A stretch of 64,000 nucleotides of DNA from positions 1,116,001 to 1,180,000 of the forward strand of contig NW_027362777.1 in assembly GCF_046119375.1 (NCBI RefSeq). Reading direction: 5' to 3'. The translations under genes were made by a program, and so were the position numbers. Below are positions 22,200 through 47,869 of this stretch, one piece after another (position 1 is the stretch's first letter; each line of letters starts with the position of its first letter). The stretch is from Phyllobates terribilis (lineage: Eukaryota). The notes below the pieces were generated by a model. That model was given only the letters and a program-made list of their open reading frames with translations, did not search any database and was not told the origin of the DNA.

Positions 22200-25100
22200 A
22201 TTATTACCAGTTACCGGACGTCTACTATATGGCGGCATATGATTGTGCTATCCACCTCATACCAGGAGCTAAAAGGCCGAAATCTAGTTTGTTTAACCCT
22301 TTCCAGGGAGGGCGGCCTTGACAGACTATATTCAGAAGAGTCCGGCTGAGGGCAGAGACAGATGGCCGTACTTCTCCTGCGAGGATCGCCTCGAACCTCA
22401 TACTGGCCGACACCTCTCCTGACCTGAGCTTGACAGCTGCAAAGAAATCCATCATGCTGTCATGTTCAGGTCAGGAGAGGTGCGGGCCAGTCCATTCAGT
22501 GCGATGCGATCCTCACACGAGTTATACGGCAGTGTGTCTCTGCCCTAAGGGTCATATACGGCCATCCACCTCTCCAGTTGTAGTGGGGGTTTTTACTTGT
22601 TAAAAAAAGGATGGAGAGTTGCATCCGTGCTTGAATTTTAGAGAGATTAATAAAATCACGGTTCACAATCCCTGTCCTTTGCCCCTTATACCGAACCAGT
22701 TTAAGCAATTATCTGGAGCTAAATGGTTTTCCAAACTTGACTTGAGAGGGGCATATAACTTTATACTCATACATCAGGGTGACGAACGGAAGACCGCATT
22801 CATTACGCCTCAGTGTCATTTTAAAAATTTGGTGATGCCATTTGGGTTAAGCAATGCACCTTCAGTCTTTTAAAATATCATAATATTTTTTGCTCACTAG
22901 TGGGTAGACTTGTGGTGATTTACCTGTATGACATATTGATTTATTCACATACTCTGGAGGAGCATCACGAGCATGTCAGAGAGTTTCTTCAGGCTCTATG
23001 TGACAACCATTTATTTGCTAAACTGGAGAAATGTCAATTTGAGGTCCAGCAGATAAGGTGACTGTCTTGACCGATCATAAGAATCTGTTGTACGTTGACG
23101 GTGCTAAGTGCTTAAACACCAGACAGGCTTGGTGGGCCTTGTATTTTTTGCCCGGTTTGATTTTGCCGTTACTTATCTCCCTGGCTCTACGAATGTCAAC
23201 ACGAAATTCAAGTCAAGATTCTTAGTGAAGGGGTGGGGAAGATCTCAGGCAGCGCATTTGACTAGCCCAGGGGGAGATGGGGATGAATCGGTACCCGGGC
23301 CTTTAGCCTGGCCTTTAGGGATGTCGCGGTGGTCGGCTCCCGGGCCCGTACCCTGGGCCTCTCCTTTAAAAAAGGGTTAGTGATTTGTTAAGTTTATAAA
23401 AGAGTTTGTGACGCCACCTATGGTTTCTGATGATATTCACCAGCGCTGCGCAGTCCACTGAGGCCGGTGATCAGGCAGCTAGATGGTATGGCTCCCCACA
23501 GGTGGAGCTAGGCCTCAGGGCAGGGTACGGACGGGGTATGCAGGACGGAGAGACTCAGCCGGGTCAGAGCAAGAACAGGGATGGACACAATAGTCACTTC
23601 AGTACCTTTTACTGATGGAAATTCAGGCACTCCCCGGAGCACTGTAGGGTGAAGGGTGTATGTCCGGATCTTCCCCAATGAGCAGGTTTTGGGCCTCATG
23701 CTTCTTGACTCTGCGTAGTAAGTTTCTGACCTGCCTGGAGCTAGGCCTAACTTTGTCTCTGTCCTGCGCTAGCTGACCTTGTGGTAGGGCCTTCTCTTGG
23801 AGTGAACGCTCCCGACCTACGGGGCCTATGTGTCTCCTGGCTCTGGTACGTATCAGCACTTTAGCGATCCTGGGACTTGTAGTTCTCCAGGGATTCTGGT
23901 TTATCTTACTGGGTCATGGAGATCCCGGTAAGCTTCGGACCCGGTGTCCGGTAACTGCTTCTTCGGGGTGAGCTAGTTAAGCTCCTCTGCCCCCTATGAA
24001 CTAACTCTGTCTACTCGCCTTCGGCCTACTTGGGCCCTCTCTAGGCTACTCACACTAACGGCAGCTTGCCGCGCTTCACCGATCTTATGGCGCCGGCACA
24101 CCTGAAGCTCACCTCTCTGAGCTACACGGAGTCTTGATCTGGATAAGCTCCACTGCAGGTTAGCAATTGCAGGAGCTGGAACAGGCTTTTGTCCTCTGAG
24201 GTAACTCCTCTCAGACTGCACTGGATTCACTGCTAAACCAGACTGAACTAGACTCTGACTCAAACCAACTGCTGCCTAGCTCCACCTTCCCTTTTATATC
24301 CCTAACGGTCTCCCTCTGGTGGTCTGAGGTGGAAGGTGGAGATGTGTGAATGGTTATGGGGGCCTCTTGTGGAGGAATCCTTCAACACACCCTTCTAGGA
24401 TTTGTGATACCAAGCACAGCTGGGCTTCACACATTCAGGATGCTCAGGACAGTGCGCAGGAAGGTTTACCTATAAATAAGCTTTATGTACTGCCCTCTTT
24501 AGTCATAGATCTTCTTAATGAAGTACATGATTCCTTTTTCGCTGGCCATGTGGGTTCTTCTGCCTCTTCAAGATCACTTTCTGGGTCTTTTTAGTGGCAG
24601 AATGCTCTTAAGGATATTGAAGAGTATGTCTGAAAATGCAAAGTCTGAAAGTCTGTGCCAGGGCTAAAGCCTCTAGTTATCTCTTCCCTAACGATGTTCC
24701 ATTACAAACCTGGACCCACTTGTCTATGGACTTTGTCACTGATTTGCTTAACTGGTGGTATTACTGTCATGTGGGTGGTGGTAGACCGTTTTAGCAAAAT
24801 CGTTCTTTTGGTCCCACTTCAAAACATGCAAACTGCTAGGATCTTAGCAACTTTGTTAATTTCTCAAATCGTTAAACTTCATGGTGTTCCCAAAAACATA
24901 ATTTTCGATTGAGGAGTTCAATTTCTGGCTAGTTTTTGGCTTAGTTTTTGCTCCAGATTGGGTATCAATCTGTTTTTTCTCTTAGTGTATCATCCCGAGA
25001 CTAACAGTCAAACAGAAAAGGATGATCCTGGAAATAGAGCAGTATTAGGGATGTTTTGTCTCCTCTAATCAGAAAGACTGGGTGGAATTTTTGTCCCATA

Positions 25101-25625
25101 CCAAGTGTGCTCTAAATAACCATTCCTCTAAGACTACCGGGACCTTGCTTTTTTTTTAGCTGCTGTAGTTTGTAGTGTTTGGGAATTTTTCAGGATTACA
25201 ATCCTCCATGTCAGAGGAGGAGAGATTTTGTCCCCAATTAATTAAGGTCTGGAGGGAGGTCAAAAGGGATCTTTTAGTAGCTAGTGACCAGGCCAAAAGT
25301 GGTGCTAACCACAGAGGTAGGAAGGCTTCTATCTTTAGGGAGGGAGATTTTGTGTGGTTGTCTTCAAAATATCTGCACTTAAAGATCACATCTAGAAAGT
25401 TTGTGCCTAAATTTGTAGGTCCTTATAAAATTATAAAAATGTTAAATCCTGTAAGTTAAGTTGCAACTTCCTATGGCCTGGAAAATCATAATTCTTTCTA
25501 TTCTTCTCTTTTAAAAAAAAAATTGATGGGGCCTCAAGACATAATTGAGGTGGATTTGGAAGGGTATCAGTAGTATGAGGTAGGGCGAGTGCTTTGTTCC
25601 AGGTGGGTCAGGTGCCGTCTGCATT
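22200..25625 (+). mobile_element. Decayed chromoviral Ty3/Gypsy pol (RT, RNase H, integrase, chromodomain), interrupted
   Basis: YDCAIHLIPGA; [11 protein letters not shown]; [12 protein letters not shown]; TDHKNL; LNEVHDS..AGHVG; VVVDRFSK; KLHGVPKNI; FVPKFVGPYKI; YLVKWKDYGP. Confidence 0.88.
23226..24387. repeat. LTR-like insertion within the Gypsy pol
   Basis: GC-rich non-coding block interrupting pol, with a TATAAAAGGG box on the minus strand near 24290-24299. Boundaries are approximate. Confidence 0.4.
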
Positions 25626-25639
25626 ATCTCGTTAAGTGG

Positions 25640-26575
25640 AAAGATTATGGTCCTTAAGATAGCTCCTAAATTAATTTGGGGATCTTCATGTGATCAGATA
25701 GACAGATTATTGGGTGGGGCTGGGGAAAATCCAGCAGTCATGGTACACATGGGTACCAATGACAAAGTTAGAGGGAGGTGGAGGGTCTTTGAAAATGATT
25801 ACAGGGAATTAGGAGAGAAGCTGAAGTACAGGGCCTCCAAGGAAGTGTCTTCAGAAATACTGCAGATTCCACTATCATCACTAGAAAGTTAACTGGATCT
25901 TAAAGAGTTAAATAAGTGGCAGGAAGAAAGGGTTTGGATTCATGGAGAACTGGGCCAGCTTCTCTGTCAGCTACAGGCGCTACGATAGGGACAGGCTGCA
26001 CCTTAACGGGGAGGGTGCAGCTGTGCTGCGGGAAAAAATGGTCAGATGGATGAAGGAGCTTTTAAAGTAGGATCTGGGGGGAGGGAGGGTACTTGTGTAA
26101 ATAAGGACATACAGTAGACAGAGAGACAGTAGGGGTCAATGAGGATTTATGGGGGCTAGGACATGCAAGGAAATTAAGTAGGCGAGTAGGAGTAATAAAT
26201 GTCTGCTGGCAAATGCAATAAGACTTGCAAACAAAATGAATGAATTAGAGGCTCTTGTGTCAGCCACAGATTACAATGTGGTGGGCATTACGGAAACCTG
26301 GCTAGAAAGCCATGACTGGGTGACAAACAGAGGGTTACACTACACTTAAAAAGTTAGGAAAGAAACAAAAGATAGAGGGATGGGTATTTTCGTTAAATCC
26401 AATTTATAACCTGTGCTCAATGACGACAATGTAGGGCCAGTATGGGTAAATGTACATGGAAATGGCAATAATGGAAAGCTGCTAATTTGCGATTGCTGCA
26501 AGCCTCCTAATATAGCTGAACATGTAGAGGATGATATGCTGCAACACATTTAAAAGGCAACAAAAACAAGTCATG
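25640..26575 (+). mobile_element. CR1 LINE fragment (ORF1 esterase plus start of ORF2 endonuclease)
   Basis: DRLLGGAGENPAVMVHMGTND (SGNH/GDSL-type esterase); LANARRLANKMNELE...VVGITETWL.SHDW. Confidence 0.85.
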
Positions 26576-26579
26576 GCCA

Positions 26580-27830
<1,251 letters not shown>

Positions 27831-27869
27831 TGGTTGATACCTTTGTTTAACTGAAAAGATGGTAACAAA

Positions 27870-27910
27870 TTACAAGCTTTCGAGACTACTCAGATCTCTT
27901 CAGTAGACAT
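27870..27910 (-). ncRNA. Degenerate minimal type I hammerhead ribozyme motif downstream of a Penelope-like element
   Basis: Minus strand UAUGU-CUACUGA-A-GAGAU-CUGAGUA-GUCUC-GAAA-GCUU-GUA. Stem II, GAAA and a palindromic AGCU stem III are present; the CUGAUGA box has two substitutions. Confidence 0.6.
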
Positions 27911-28169
27911 AGTATAACACAAAATCTGAAGAGTCACATATTTATACACAACAGGGCACAGGAATAATGCAATAGATAAGACAAGTGATGTGAAACAGAA
28001 CTATCAGTATGGGAGAGGGAGAAGCAGTTGTGGCTGTGAATATTGGAACAGTTCATTGAGAAGGAGTATAAAAGTTTTATTGCCCTGTGATTGAGATCTG
28101 GTCCATGATTGTGATGCCCCCAAACAGTCTGAGGAGCACATTCCTTAGTTGATGTAGAAAGACATATAT

Positions 28170-29836
28170 CCATGTGACACATTAATTCCTGCTCCCTGAG
28201 TGTGTCAAAGATTGTCATAAGTTTGTAATTCCACATTTTTCCGTCTGAGATTTGAAGTTACCTTTTAATACAAGTAATTTCATGTCCATGATGCTGTGAT
28301 CAGGGATAAAAAAATGTTAGGCCACAGGTAGATCTAATCTTTTTTCTTTTATTGTGTGGCGATAACAATTCATCCTTGTTCTAAGTTTTTGCCCTGTCTC
28401 CCCTACGTACAGACCCCTATCTGGACATTTGGTACATATAATTAAGCACGCTACATTAGATGTGATGCAGCTGAAAGTACTTGGGATCTTGTGGTTGTCT
28501 CCTGATTTGAGTTGGGAATCTTTATCTTGTCTGTGTTCATTATAAATAGACAGATTTTACATTTGTTTCTGGTTGCAGGGAAAAGTTCCTGTAGCTGTTG
28601 GTGAGGACATGGAGCTTCTGAAATGATGCTTTTTAGTTTTGGGGGCTGCCTAAAACACAGAAGTGGGGGATCTGGAAATATAGATTGTAAGCGGGCATCT
28701 TTTTGTAATAATGGTTGTAATTTCCATGTAGCTCTACTTAGCACCCCCAGAATTGGATTTTAGGGGACTATTAGAGGCACCAGATTGCTTTCTTGTTTAG
28801 TTTTGTAATGTAGGAGATGATTCCTTGATATTCTGGTGGCTCTTGCAATCTGGTTTTCAATTCTTCTTGTATGGTATCCCTCGTTCAAAAAAGTCCTTCT
28901 GAGGCCACCAAGGTGTTGTCTCTGTCCATAGGGTTGGAACATATCTGATTGTATCTTGTCACGGGGTCCTTCTCCAACATCACACAATCAACAGAGCAAG
29001 AGAAGATTGAACAATTCCAAGACCTTTATTATAGGCAATACTGAAAGATCCATATACAATCCACCACACAGAGGATAAAAATAGTCCAGAAACATGAATG
29101 CAGTCCGGTAATGGTACTAACGCCCTGGGAGATGAGAGTCCAACAATCCAGCAGACAGAGGATAAAATAGTCCATATGTTTCTCCATATATATTCCTTCA
29201 AGAAATATTTCCAAAGTCATCCAGGCTTCTCCCATTCTCTCTGGCATGCTGTCCTCACATCCTCGTCCCATACAGAATCCCACCAGTGTCTCTCCTGGCT
29301 GTGATATTTAAAAGTCCCTTCTCCTCATTCACAGGTCAGGGAGGGAGGTCCCATTGCTGGTATTTCCATTACATTGCAAAATCAACAAGCTAGCCTGGTT
29401 CAATATGTCATTAGCATATTAGCAAACAGCATTATTCACTGACCCTGGGCAAAGATAACAGTATAATAAACTGTGGGAGCTGATATCAGATGATAAATAC
29501 CAGCTATTCATCAATTAACAAATATCAACTCATCCTACAAGAGAAGTCAACATTAGAGGGACACAGAGCAACAAGAGAACACTATGAAAATCAGTAAAAT
29601 ATAACTATACACAAAAAGATACCCACATATCATATCACACCATCACATATCTAATGGGTTGGTTGTAGACAATAGAGTTTTATTATGTGTTTTGGATGGA
29701 GACTGACCCAAGTAGAGGGACAGGGACATCTCTATTTCATTGTTCAATAGCTTGAAGGTGTCTAAAAAGTTAAATTCAGTACAGGAGTGAATAGTTGCGT
29801 GATGAGTTGATGGTGGGATGAAATATATTAAAGTGT
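28170..29836 (-). mobile_element. Penelope-like retroelement (RT C-terminus plus GIY-YIG), split by a solo LTR
   Basis: EFNFLDT; IRYNQICSNPMDR read across the LTR insertion; FPDPPLLCFRQPPKLKSII; DHSIMDMKLLVLKGNFKS. Confidence 0.8.
28957..29647. repeat. Solo LTR (691 bp) with 5-bp TSD TATCT
   Basis: TGTCACGG...CATCACA, with TATCT at 28952-28956 and 29648-29652. Removing it restores the Penelope reading frame. Confidence 0.85.
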
Positions 29837-32031
29837 TGTGAGGAGTTTGCTCTGTGGTAGGCGCTGGTTCATACAGGGATGCAGTGCGCAGGTTCAAACA
29901 AACTGGTGGTTTATTAAATGTCCATAAACCAGGCAGGAAACAAAACATAACAGCCTATTTCAGGTTCCAAAAAGGTATAACAGAACAAAACACAAAATAT
30001 CTAGTCCATACAGCGCGGCCTCAGTCGTTTAAATGCAGATGCCTTTCTCTGCCTTCAGCAAGGTCTGAGCAGCACATGCAAGGTCTGCTCACTTTGCACA
30101 ACACACACACACAGACTGAGACAAGCTCAGCTGTCTTAAATCAGGCCTTCCAAGACCTGGACTGGAGGTAAGTGAGCAGCTGATCACCCCAGCTCTTTTA
30201 GATGCCCGTAAAACACGGCCCTATAATCCGAGCCCATTAAATACCTCTCAGCACTATGTGTGCTGCAGCCTACTTTTCCGAGTCCTACATTATTATTATT
30301 ATTTATTATTATAGCTCTATTTATTCCATGGCGCTTTACATGTGAAAAAGGGGTATACATACATGAACTATTACAAAGATCTTTAACAAAACGTGACAAC
30401 AACTGGTACAGGAGGAACGAGGACCCTGCCCGCGAGGGCTCACAATCTACAAGGGATATCAACAAAAAGCAAGGATCCAACAACAAACATCCAAATAGGA
30501 ATCTGAATGTGTGTTAAAACTTCATGTTTATTAGAATTCCTTTAAAATCATGCTGTTAAAATTATAAATCCAGGGGATATCTACAAGGGATAGTTCAGCA
30601 TACAGTAAGTGAGGGTAGAGCTAGTCGTGCACCAGTATGGTGGAGCAATGGTTACTGCAGATTGTAGGCTTGTCGGAAGAGGTGAGTCTTCAGGTTCCTT
30701 TTGAAGGTTTCCATGGTAGGTGAGAGTCTGATATGTTGGGGTAGAGAATTCCAGAGTAGGGGGGATGCACGGGAGAAATCTTGTACGCGATTGTGGGAAG
30801 AGGAGATAAGAGGGGAGTAGAGAAGGAGATCTTGTGAGGATCGGAGGTTGCGTGCGGGTATGTACCAGGAGACTAGGTCAGAGATATAAGGAGACAGGTT
30901 GTGGATGGCTTTGTAGGCCAGGGTTAGGGTTTTGAACTGGATTCTCTGGGCAACGGGGAGCCAGTGAAGGGATTGACAGAGGGGAGAGGCCGGGGAATAG
31001 CGTGGGGACAGGTGGATTAATCGGGCAGTGAGCTTGAGGGACTGGGTAGAGTGGGCAGCCATTGACGTTGATAGATAGGTCAGGCGGGGGGATGAATGAG
31101 ATGGCGGAAAGACCATGAATTCTGTTTTATCCATGTTAAGTTTTAGAAATCTGTCAGAGAAGAAGGATGAGATGGCGGACAGACATTGTGGGATTTTGGT
31201 TAGTAGGGAGGAGATATCGGGTCCAGAGAGGTAGATCTGTGTGCCGTCAGCATAGAGGTGGTACTGAAAGCCATGAGACTCTATGAGTTGTCCTAGCCAA
31301 TGGTGTAGATGGAGAAGAGCAGGGGTCTTAGGACTGAACCTTGGGGGACATCGACAGATAGGGGGTGAGATGAGGAGGTGGTGTGTTAGTGGGAGACACT
31401 GAATGTCCTGTCTGTTAAGTATGAGGAGATCCAAGATACGGCCAAGTCTTTGATGCCAAGAGATGAGAGAATTTGTAGTAAGAGGGTATGGTTCACTGTG
31501 TCGAAGGCAGATGACAGGTCTAGGAGGAGGAAGACAGAGTAGTGTCGCTTGGATTTGGTGGTTAGTTGGTTGTTGGTGACTTTAGTCAGGGCAGTCTCAG
31601 TAGAATGGTGCGGTCGAAAGCCAGATTGGAGGCGGTCAAAGAGAGAGCAGGAGAAGAGGTGGGAAGACAGTTCAGAATGGATGTGTTGTTCCAGTAGTTT
31701 TGAGACGTAAGGGAGAAGTGATATGGGGCAATAGCTAGTCAGAGAGGATGGGTCAAGGGAGGGCTTTTTGAGGATGGGTGTGATCGAGGCATGTTTGAAG
31801 TATGAGGGGAAAATACCAGTTGTTATTGACAGGTTGAAAAGGTGGGTAAGGGTTGGGATGAAGACTGTGGTAAGGTTGGGGATGAGATGGGACGGGATTG
31901 GGTCAAGTTCACAGGTGGTGAGGTGTGATTTGGAGAGTAAAGAGGAAAATTGGTCTTCCGTACATCACCAAGGCTTGGCACCTTGAGGACACTTACCTCC
32001 CGTCCACGACATGTCCAGCTGCAACCTTACA
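29837..32031 (-). repeat. Solo LTR of the SCAN-Gypsy family (29837-30290 + 31961-32031) split by an L2
   Basis: Strong similarity to 50426-50960 (GGTTCAAACAAACTGGTGG, CCTTCCAAGACCTGGACTGGAGGTAAGTGAGCAGCTG, CCTCCCGTCCACGAC...CCTTACA). Confidence 0.85.
30291..31960 (-). mobile_element. L2 LINE, 5'-truncated, TSD TACAT
   Basis: YHLYADGTQIYLS, FLKLNMDKTE, LHWLPVAQRIQFK and FKRNLKTHLF; (AAT)n tail; TACAT at 30286-30290 and 31961-31965. Confidence 0.92.
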
Positions 32032-32179
32032 ATCCCTCCCCCATCTGCCCACCTTTGGCACCTTCTGCCACCATACAAAGACCCTTGATAAGGTATCATC
32101 ATTCCCATGTTTTTTCCCAGGCCTATGCTCCACCTGGAAACTAAAAATAAATAAAAAGGGAAGCGCAAATTGCGCTGTT

Positions 32180-32420
32180 ACCAGATTAAGTTGTGAGAAA
32201 ACAGAAATTTCTCACCTTTCTGGGTTGTGAAATGCATAACACATGTGGTATGTATAATGGAGGGCTGCAGGCAGCACTGAATCCACAGAGGGATAAACAA
32301 CAGAAAACCAGAAAAAGATTTGCGCACTGTGGAGCCATTTTACTTCCCATTGCTGTACCAGTCTCCTGTAGATAAATGTTGTTATGAAATTCAAATAATT
32401 GTGAGTGAGAATGAATTTTG
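32180..32420 (-). mobile_element. Penelope-like RT fragment
   Basis: LTKFILTHNY, NNIYLQETGTAMGSKMAPQCANLF. Confidence 0.8.
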
Positions 32421-32779
32421 TAAGTTTCACCACAAAGGTGAAACAATCCTCCTTCTCTGTTTGCTTTCCCTCCCAGTACCTTTTCTTTCTACCAAGGTTA
32501 GGTTTCTGGAAAGTTATACTTATTCCTTTTATTTTTGGTTCTCATTAGCTTGTCTTCTTTGCCCTATATGAATGGGTTTCTCACTCAGGGTTTTTCATAT
32601 CTTACTTCACACTTTTCTTTCCCTTTATTGACAGTGTGTTGCGGCCTCCTCTCTGGTATGAGAAACTCCTCAAATGCCTATTTAAGGGTTAGGTCCTAGG
32701 TTGTGTTTTTAGTTGTGCAGCTATGGCCTTTCTAATCTGTACAGAGACCAGTAGGGTGCAGTCGCGGCATTCTCCTCTG

Positions 32780-33325
32780 TGTGGGTTCTCCCGTGGCTAT
32801 CAAGATGCACTTTCTAGTTAAAACATTTCCCACATTTTGAACATGAAAAAAGCTTCTCCTCTGTGTGACTTTTCTGATGTTTCTTAAGAGATGATTCCCA
32901 TGTAAAATATTTCCCACACTCTGAACATGAAAAAGTTTCACCCCTGTGTGACTTTTCTGATGTGTATTAAGAGTTGATTTCCGTGTAAAATAATGTGAGT
33001 CACAACACTGCTGGAACAGCACCAACACGGGACCCGAGTATGAGTTTTTTTATTTTATCAAGGCCAAACATGAAAAAAGGGTTGTCCTAGTAGTGAACAA
33101 CCCCTTTAAGAAGATCCAATTTTCGGTTAAAACGTTTTCAACATTCTGAACATGAAAAAGGCTTCTCCTCTGTGTGATTTCTTTGAAGTTTATTAAGAAT
33201 TGATTTCCAAGTAAAACATTTCCCACATTAAGAACAGGAAAAAAGCTTCTCACCTGTGTGACTGCTCAGTCTGGTGCTTAACAAAATTTGATTTCTGTAT
33301 GAAATATTTCCTACATTCTGAACAA
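32780..33325 (-). pseudogene. Decayed C2H2 finger array downstream of copy B
   Basis: About 5 broken fingers, e.g. [35 protein letters not shown] and [16 protein letters not shown], with frameshifts, stops and a small insertion. Confidence 0.88.
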
Positions 33326-33928
33326 TAACGGACGGACGGGCTTCAGCACATAACATTGATTCAGGTAATGCCATTCATTAGCTTTTATCCCTTTGTCCAC
33401 GTGACATAGTGATTGCGCTTCATACTTTTTGACAGCTGTTTCTGTTCCCTATGGGCACCTTTCTACACTATTAACAATATTGGTTGTAGTTTTAAGTTCT
33501 CCATAAGGTGGCAGCATGGTCATTACACAGCACCATACAAATTAATAGTGACAATTGCTTCACAGACATAGGTATTTTTCAATGCTATTATTAGATTCAT
33601 TTTTACTTTTACATGTCATGAGATAGCAATATAGTCACATTTGTGAATAATATATTGTAAACTAGTGATTCATGATTTTTGGTGACATTGGGATATAAAA
33701 AGTTTACACATATACTGTTTAGATTGCATATTTATTAGCCCGTCCATATTTGTGAAGCACTGTGATTAGTTTTATCATGTTTTAAATAATGATTTTTTTC
33801 CAATAAAATTTGATTATATGGTTCAAATACTCGTTTAAAGACTTTTCTTAAGGGGCTTACGTCCCGTCTGAGAAGAGGAAATGTATTCTGAACAATAAGA
33901 ATATAATTTAAGAAAATAAAAAAGGCTT

Positions 33929-45177
<11,249 letters not shown>

Positions 45178-46274
45178 CCTTGATGAGTAAATCAGGAAAT
45201 TCTCTTATATAGATCTTCACTGAGAGGATCTGATATTGTAGAGACCTGAATGAGAAGATGATGAGCCGATGTAACATCATAAAAATCCTGTGTAATAATA
45301 CAATTACTGGAGATAATAAGGGAAACATATGAGGAGATTTATTATTTTACAGTATTTAGTTTTCTTCTTTACATCTACTAATAAAACCTATATATTTTAG
45401 GCCACAGACAACAAGCAGTTTCTTCCTTGGAGTTTGCATCTGAATACGTTTCTCATAGACTCATCTTCCATAAAGCTAAATGAAAAATAATTACTTCATG
45501 ATGAGGACGACATCTTCATCTTCTACTATGTCTCTAGAGACATATTTAGCCAGAGTCGGTCACTGACTACATCTCCACCGGTCGTCTATATGTTTCCCGT
45601 CTTCACTGGACTGTAATTTTCTATCACGTTAGATCTCATGTTTGATTCACACTCAGAAGTTTGAGGCTTTTATAAAAGTTTGTTTGAAAAAGCATGGAGA
45701 CAAGAGATATTTAATGCCAAATTCTCCATATGTATTTTTCTTTCTCTGGATATGATGGGATATTTTTTAACATTTTCATGCAGGTTTCCCTACATTGCAT
45801 GAAAAACACCCCAAAAAAATAAAATTGGGGATGGAGGTACTGGGGGAACATTATACTGTGTGTGGGAACCAAGAAAGGGGCACTGTACTATGGGAGCAAT
45901 ACATGATTCCTGCACAAAAAATCACCTCACAATTTGTCTATCTTCAGGGTAAATCACTATCTAACCATTTGATTAGAGCTGATACTATTAAGCTAAAGTT
46001 TCTAAACAGACTTTCTTCAAATCCATAAAGGGGCACTTTTCCGTGTTTTTCATGCCAGAACTGTTGGAGGATTATTAAAGGTGATAGTTTTCCCACCAAT
46101 TAGTCCCCAGCGCGACTTTTGATCACCCAGGGCAGCGCGCCGTCATCTGTGCGTCCTGCTCATCTCTTGTTGGGACCTGTAGATTATTTTTTTGTTCCTT
46201 CATTCACAGTCGGAGCCGGCAGAACTTTCTCATTTCTTTGTAGCTTCACTATACGACATCCGGCTTTTCTGTAA

Positions 46275-47533
46275 GGCCGTGTTCATACAGTGCAGAAATA
46301 CTGTGTTTTTGGCTTTCTGCAAGATTCGCACCAAACTACAGAATAACAATCTTCTCTAATTATTGCCGCATTTTTTAGGCCTTTTCCTCCTTATTTATCA
46401 CAAGGGGGCACAATTCTCATGAAATCACATCCACTTTGCTTGGACAGTTAGGCCGGTTTCACACGTCCGGATATTTCCGGTACAGGAAAAACCAGTACCG
46501 GAGATATCCGCAGCCGTGTGTGGCACACGTGTGGCAACCATGTGCTGCCCGTGTGCCGCATCAGGACCACACATATCGGCGCTTAGGAATCAGTGTACAG
46601 TTTGCGCTGTTCCTCATCATTGTTTCCTGCTGGCGCTGTGATCAGCACCAGCAGGGACAATGATGAGAGTAGTAGCTGTAATCCATGGGACAGATCACTC
46701 CTGCAGCAAGCGGGCCCCAGAGCTGCCCTCAGCAAGTGACAGGAAACCGCTCATGAGCTCAGCGCAGCTCTGGGGCCCGCTCGCTGCAGGAGTCATTCTC
46801 TTCAGTTCCTCGGTGTGATCGGTCACATGGATTACAGCAGGTGACACTTAGGTGAGAATATGGATTTTTTTTTTTCTATTTTTACAGGTGTAGAAACCGG
46901 GAGCAGACTACTACTCTCATCATTGTCCCTGCTGGTGTTGATCGCAGCGCCAGCAGGGACCAATGATGAGGGCAACGCCCAGCACCCCCTGGCGCTTGGG
47001 AACAGCGCTAACTGTACACTAATTCCCAACTGCCGGTATGTGTCACATGGATGGCATCCGGGTGCGGTATGTGTTTATATGGATCCTTTGACTTGAATGG
47101 AGCTGTGTGATCCGTGCTGACGGCCAAAAACGGATATGTCTACACGTGGATCACACGGACACACGCTCCGGAATGTGATTCCATGAAATATCCGCCCTCT
47201 GTGGTCTGAAGACGCTGCAGAAATCTGCGGTTTTGGTGTATTTTTTCTCTATAGGCTTCTTCTGAAAAAAAAAGCATGAAGAAAAAAACACTGTAGCATT
47301 TTTAAGTGCAGAATCAAAGCTTTTCTGTACTAATAAAAAAGCATTAAAAACGCATCTTCACATCTGCACCAAAATTGCATCAAATAAGCAGGAAAACGCA
47401 TAAAAGAAACGCAGCAAATACCAATAGTCAGAGAAGATTGTTACAGCGTCGTGTGCTGCAGACATCTACAGAAAACGTGCAGAAAAGAAGCATTAAAGAA
47501 AACGCCGCACTTAATCTACATGTGAACACGGCC
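46275..47533. mobile_element. Nested MITEs (Harbinger-like termini) with a large internal palindrome
   Basis: GGCCGTGTTCA...TGTGAACACGGCC outer termini; an inner element starts GGCCGGTTTCACAC at ~46451 and folds back around ~46745. Confidence 0.55.
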
Positions 47534-47869
47534 ACAGCGTTACGCTGTTAATACATTTCTTATAAGTTTAATAGAGAAAAAATATCAATCACGCCATTTA
47601 CTGATTCCCATAAAGTGAAGTGAATATTATAAGTGTAATTTATGCGCTTCACAGGGAGGAGCTACGAAGATGTCCGAGAGGGGAGTATGAGCCGGAGAAC
47701 AGCGGAGACGGGACGGGACTGGACGGGACAGTCCCATAGAGTACGGGACGCTGGGAGCTGTGCCACAGAAACCGCTGAGAAATAATCATCTAATGCTGCG
47801 ATTCCAGGATTATTCTAGAGGGAATCGGCTGCGATATCCCCTGTGCAATATATATCTAGTATTAATGCT

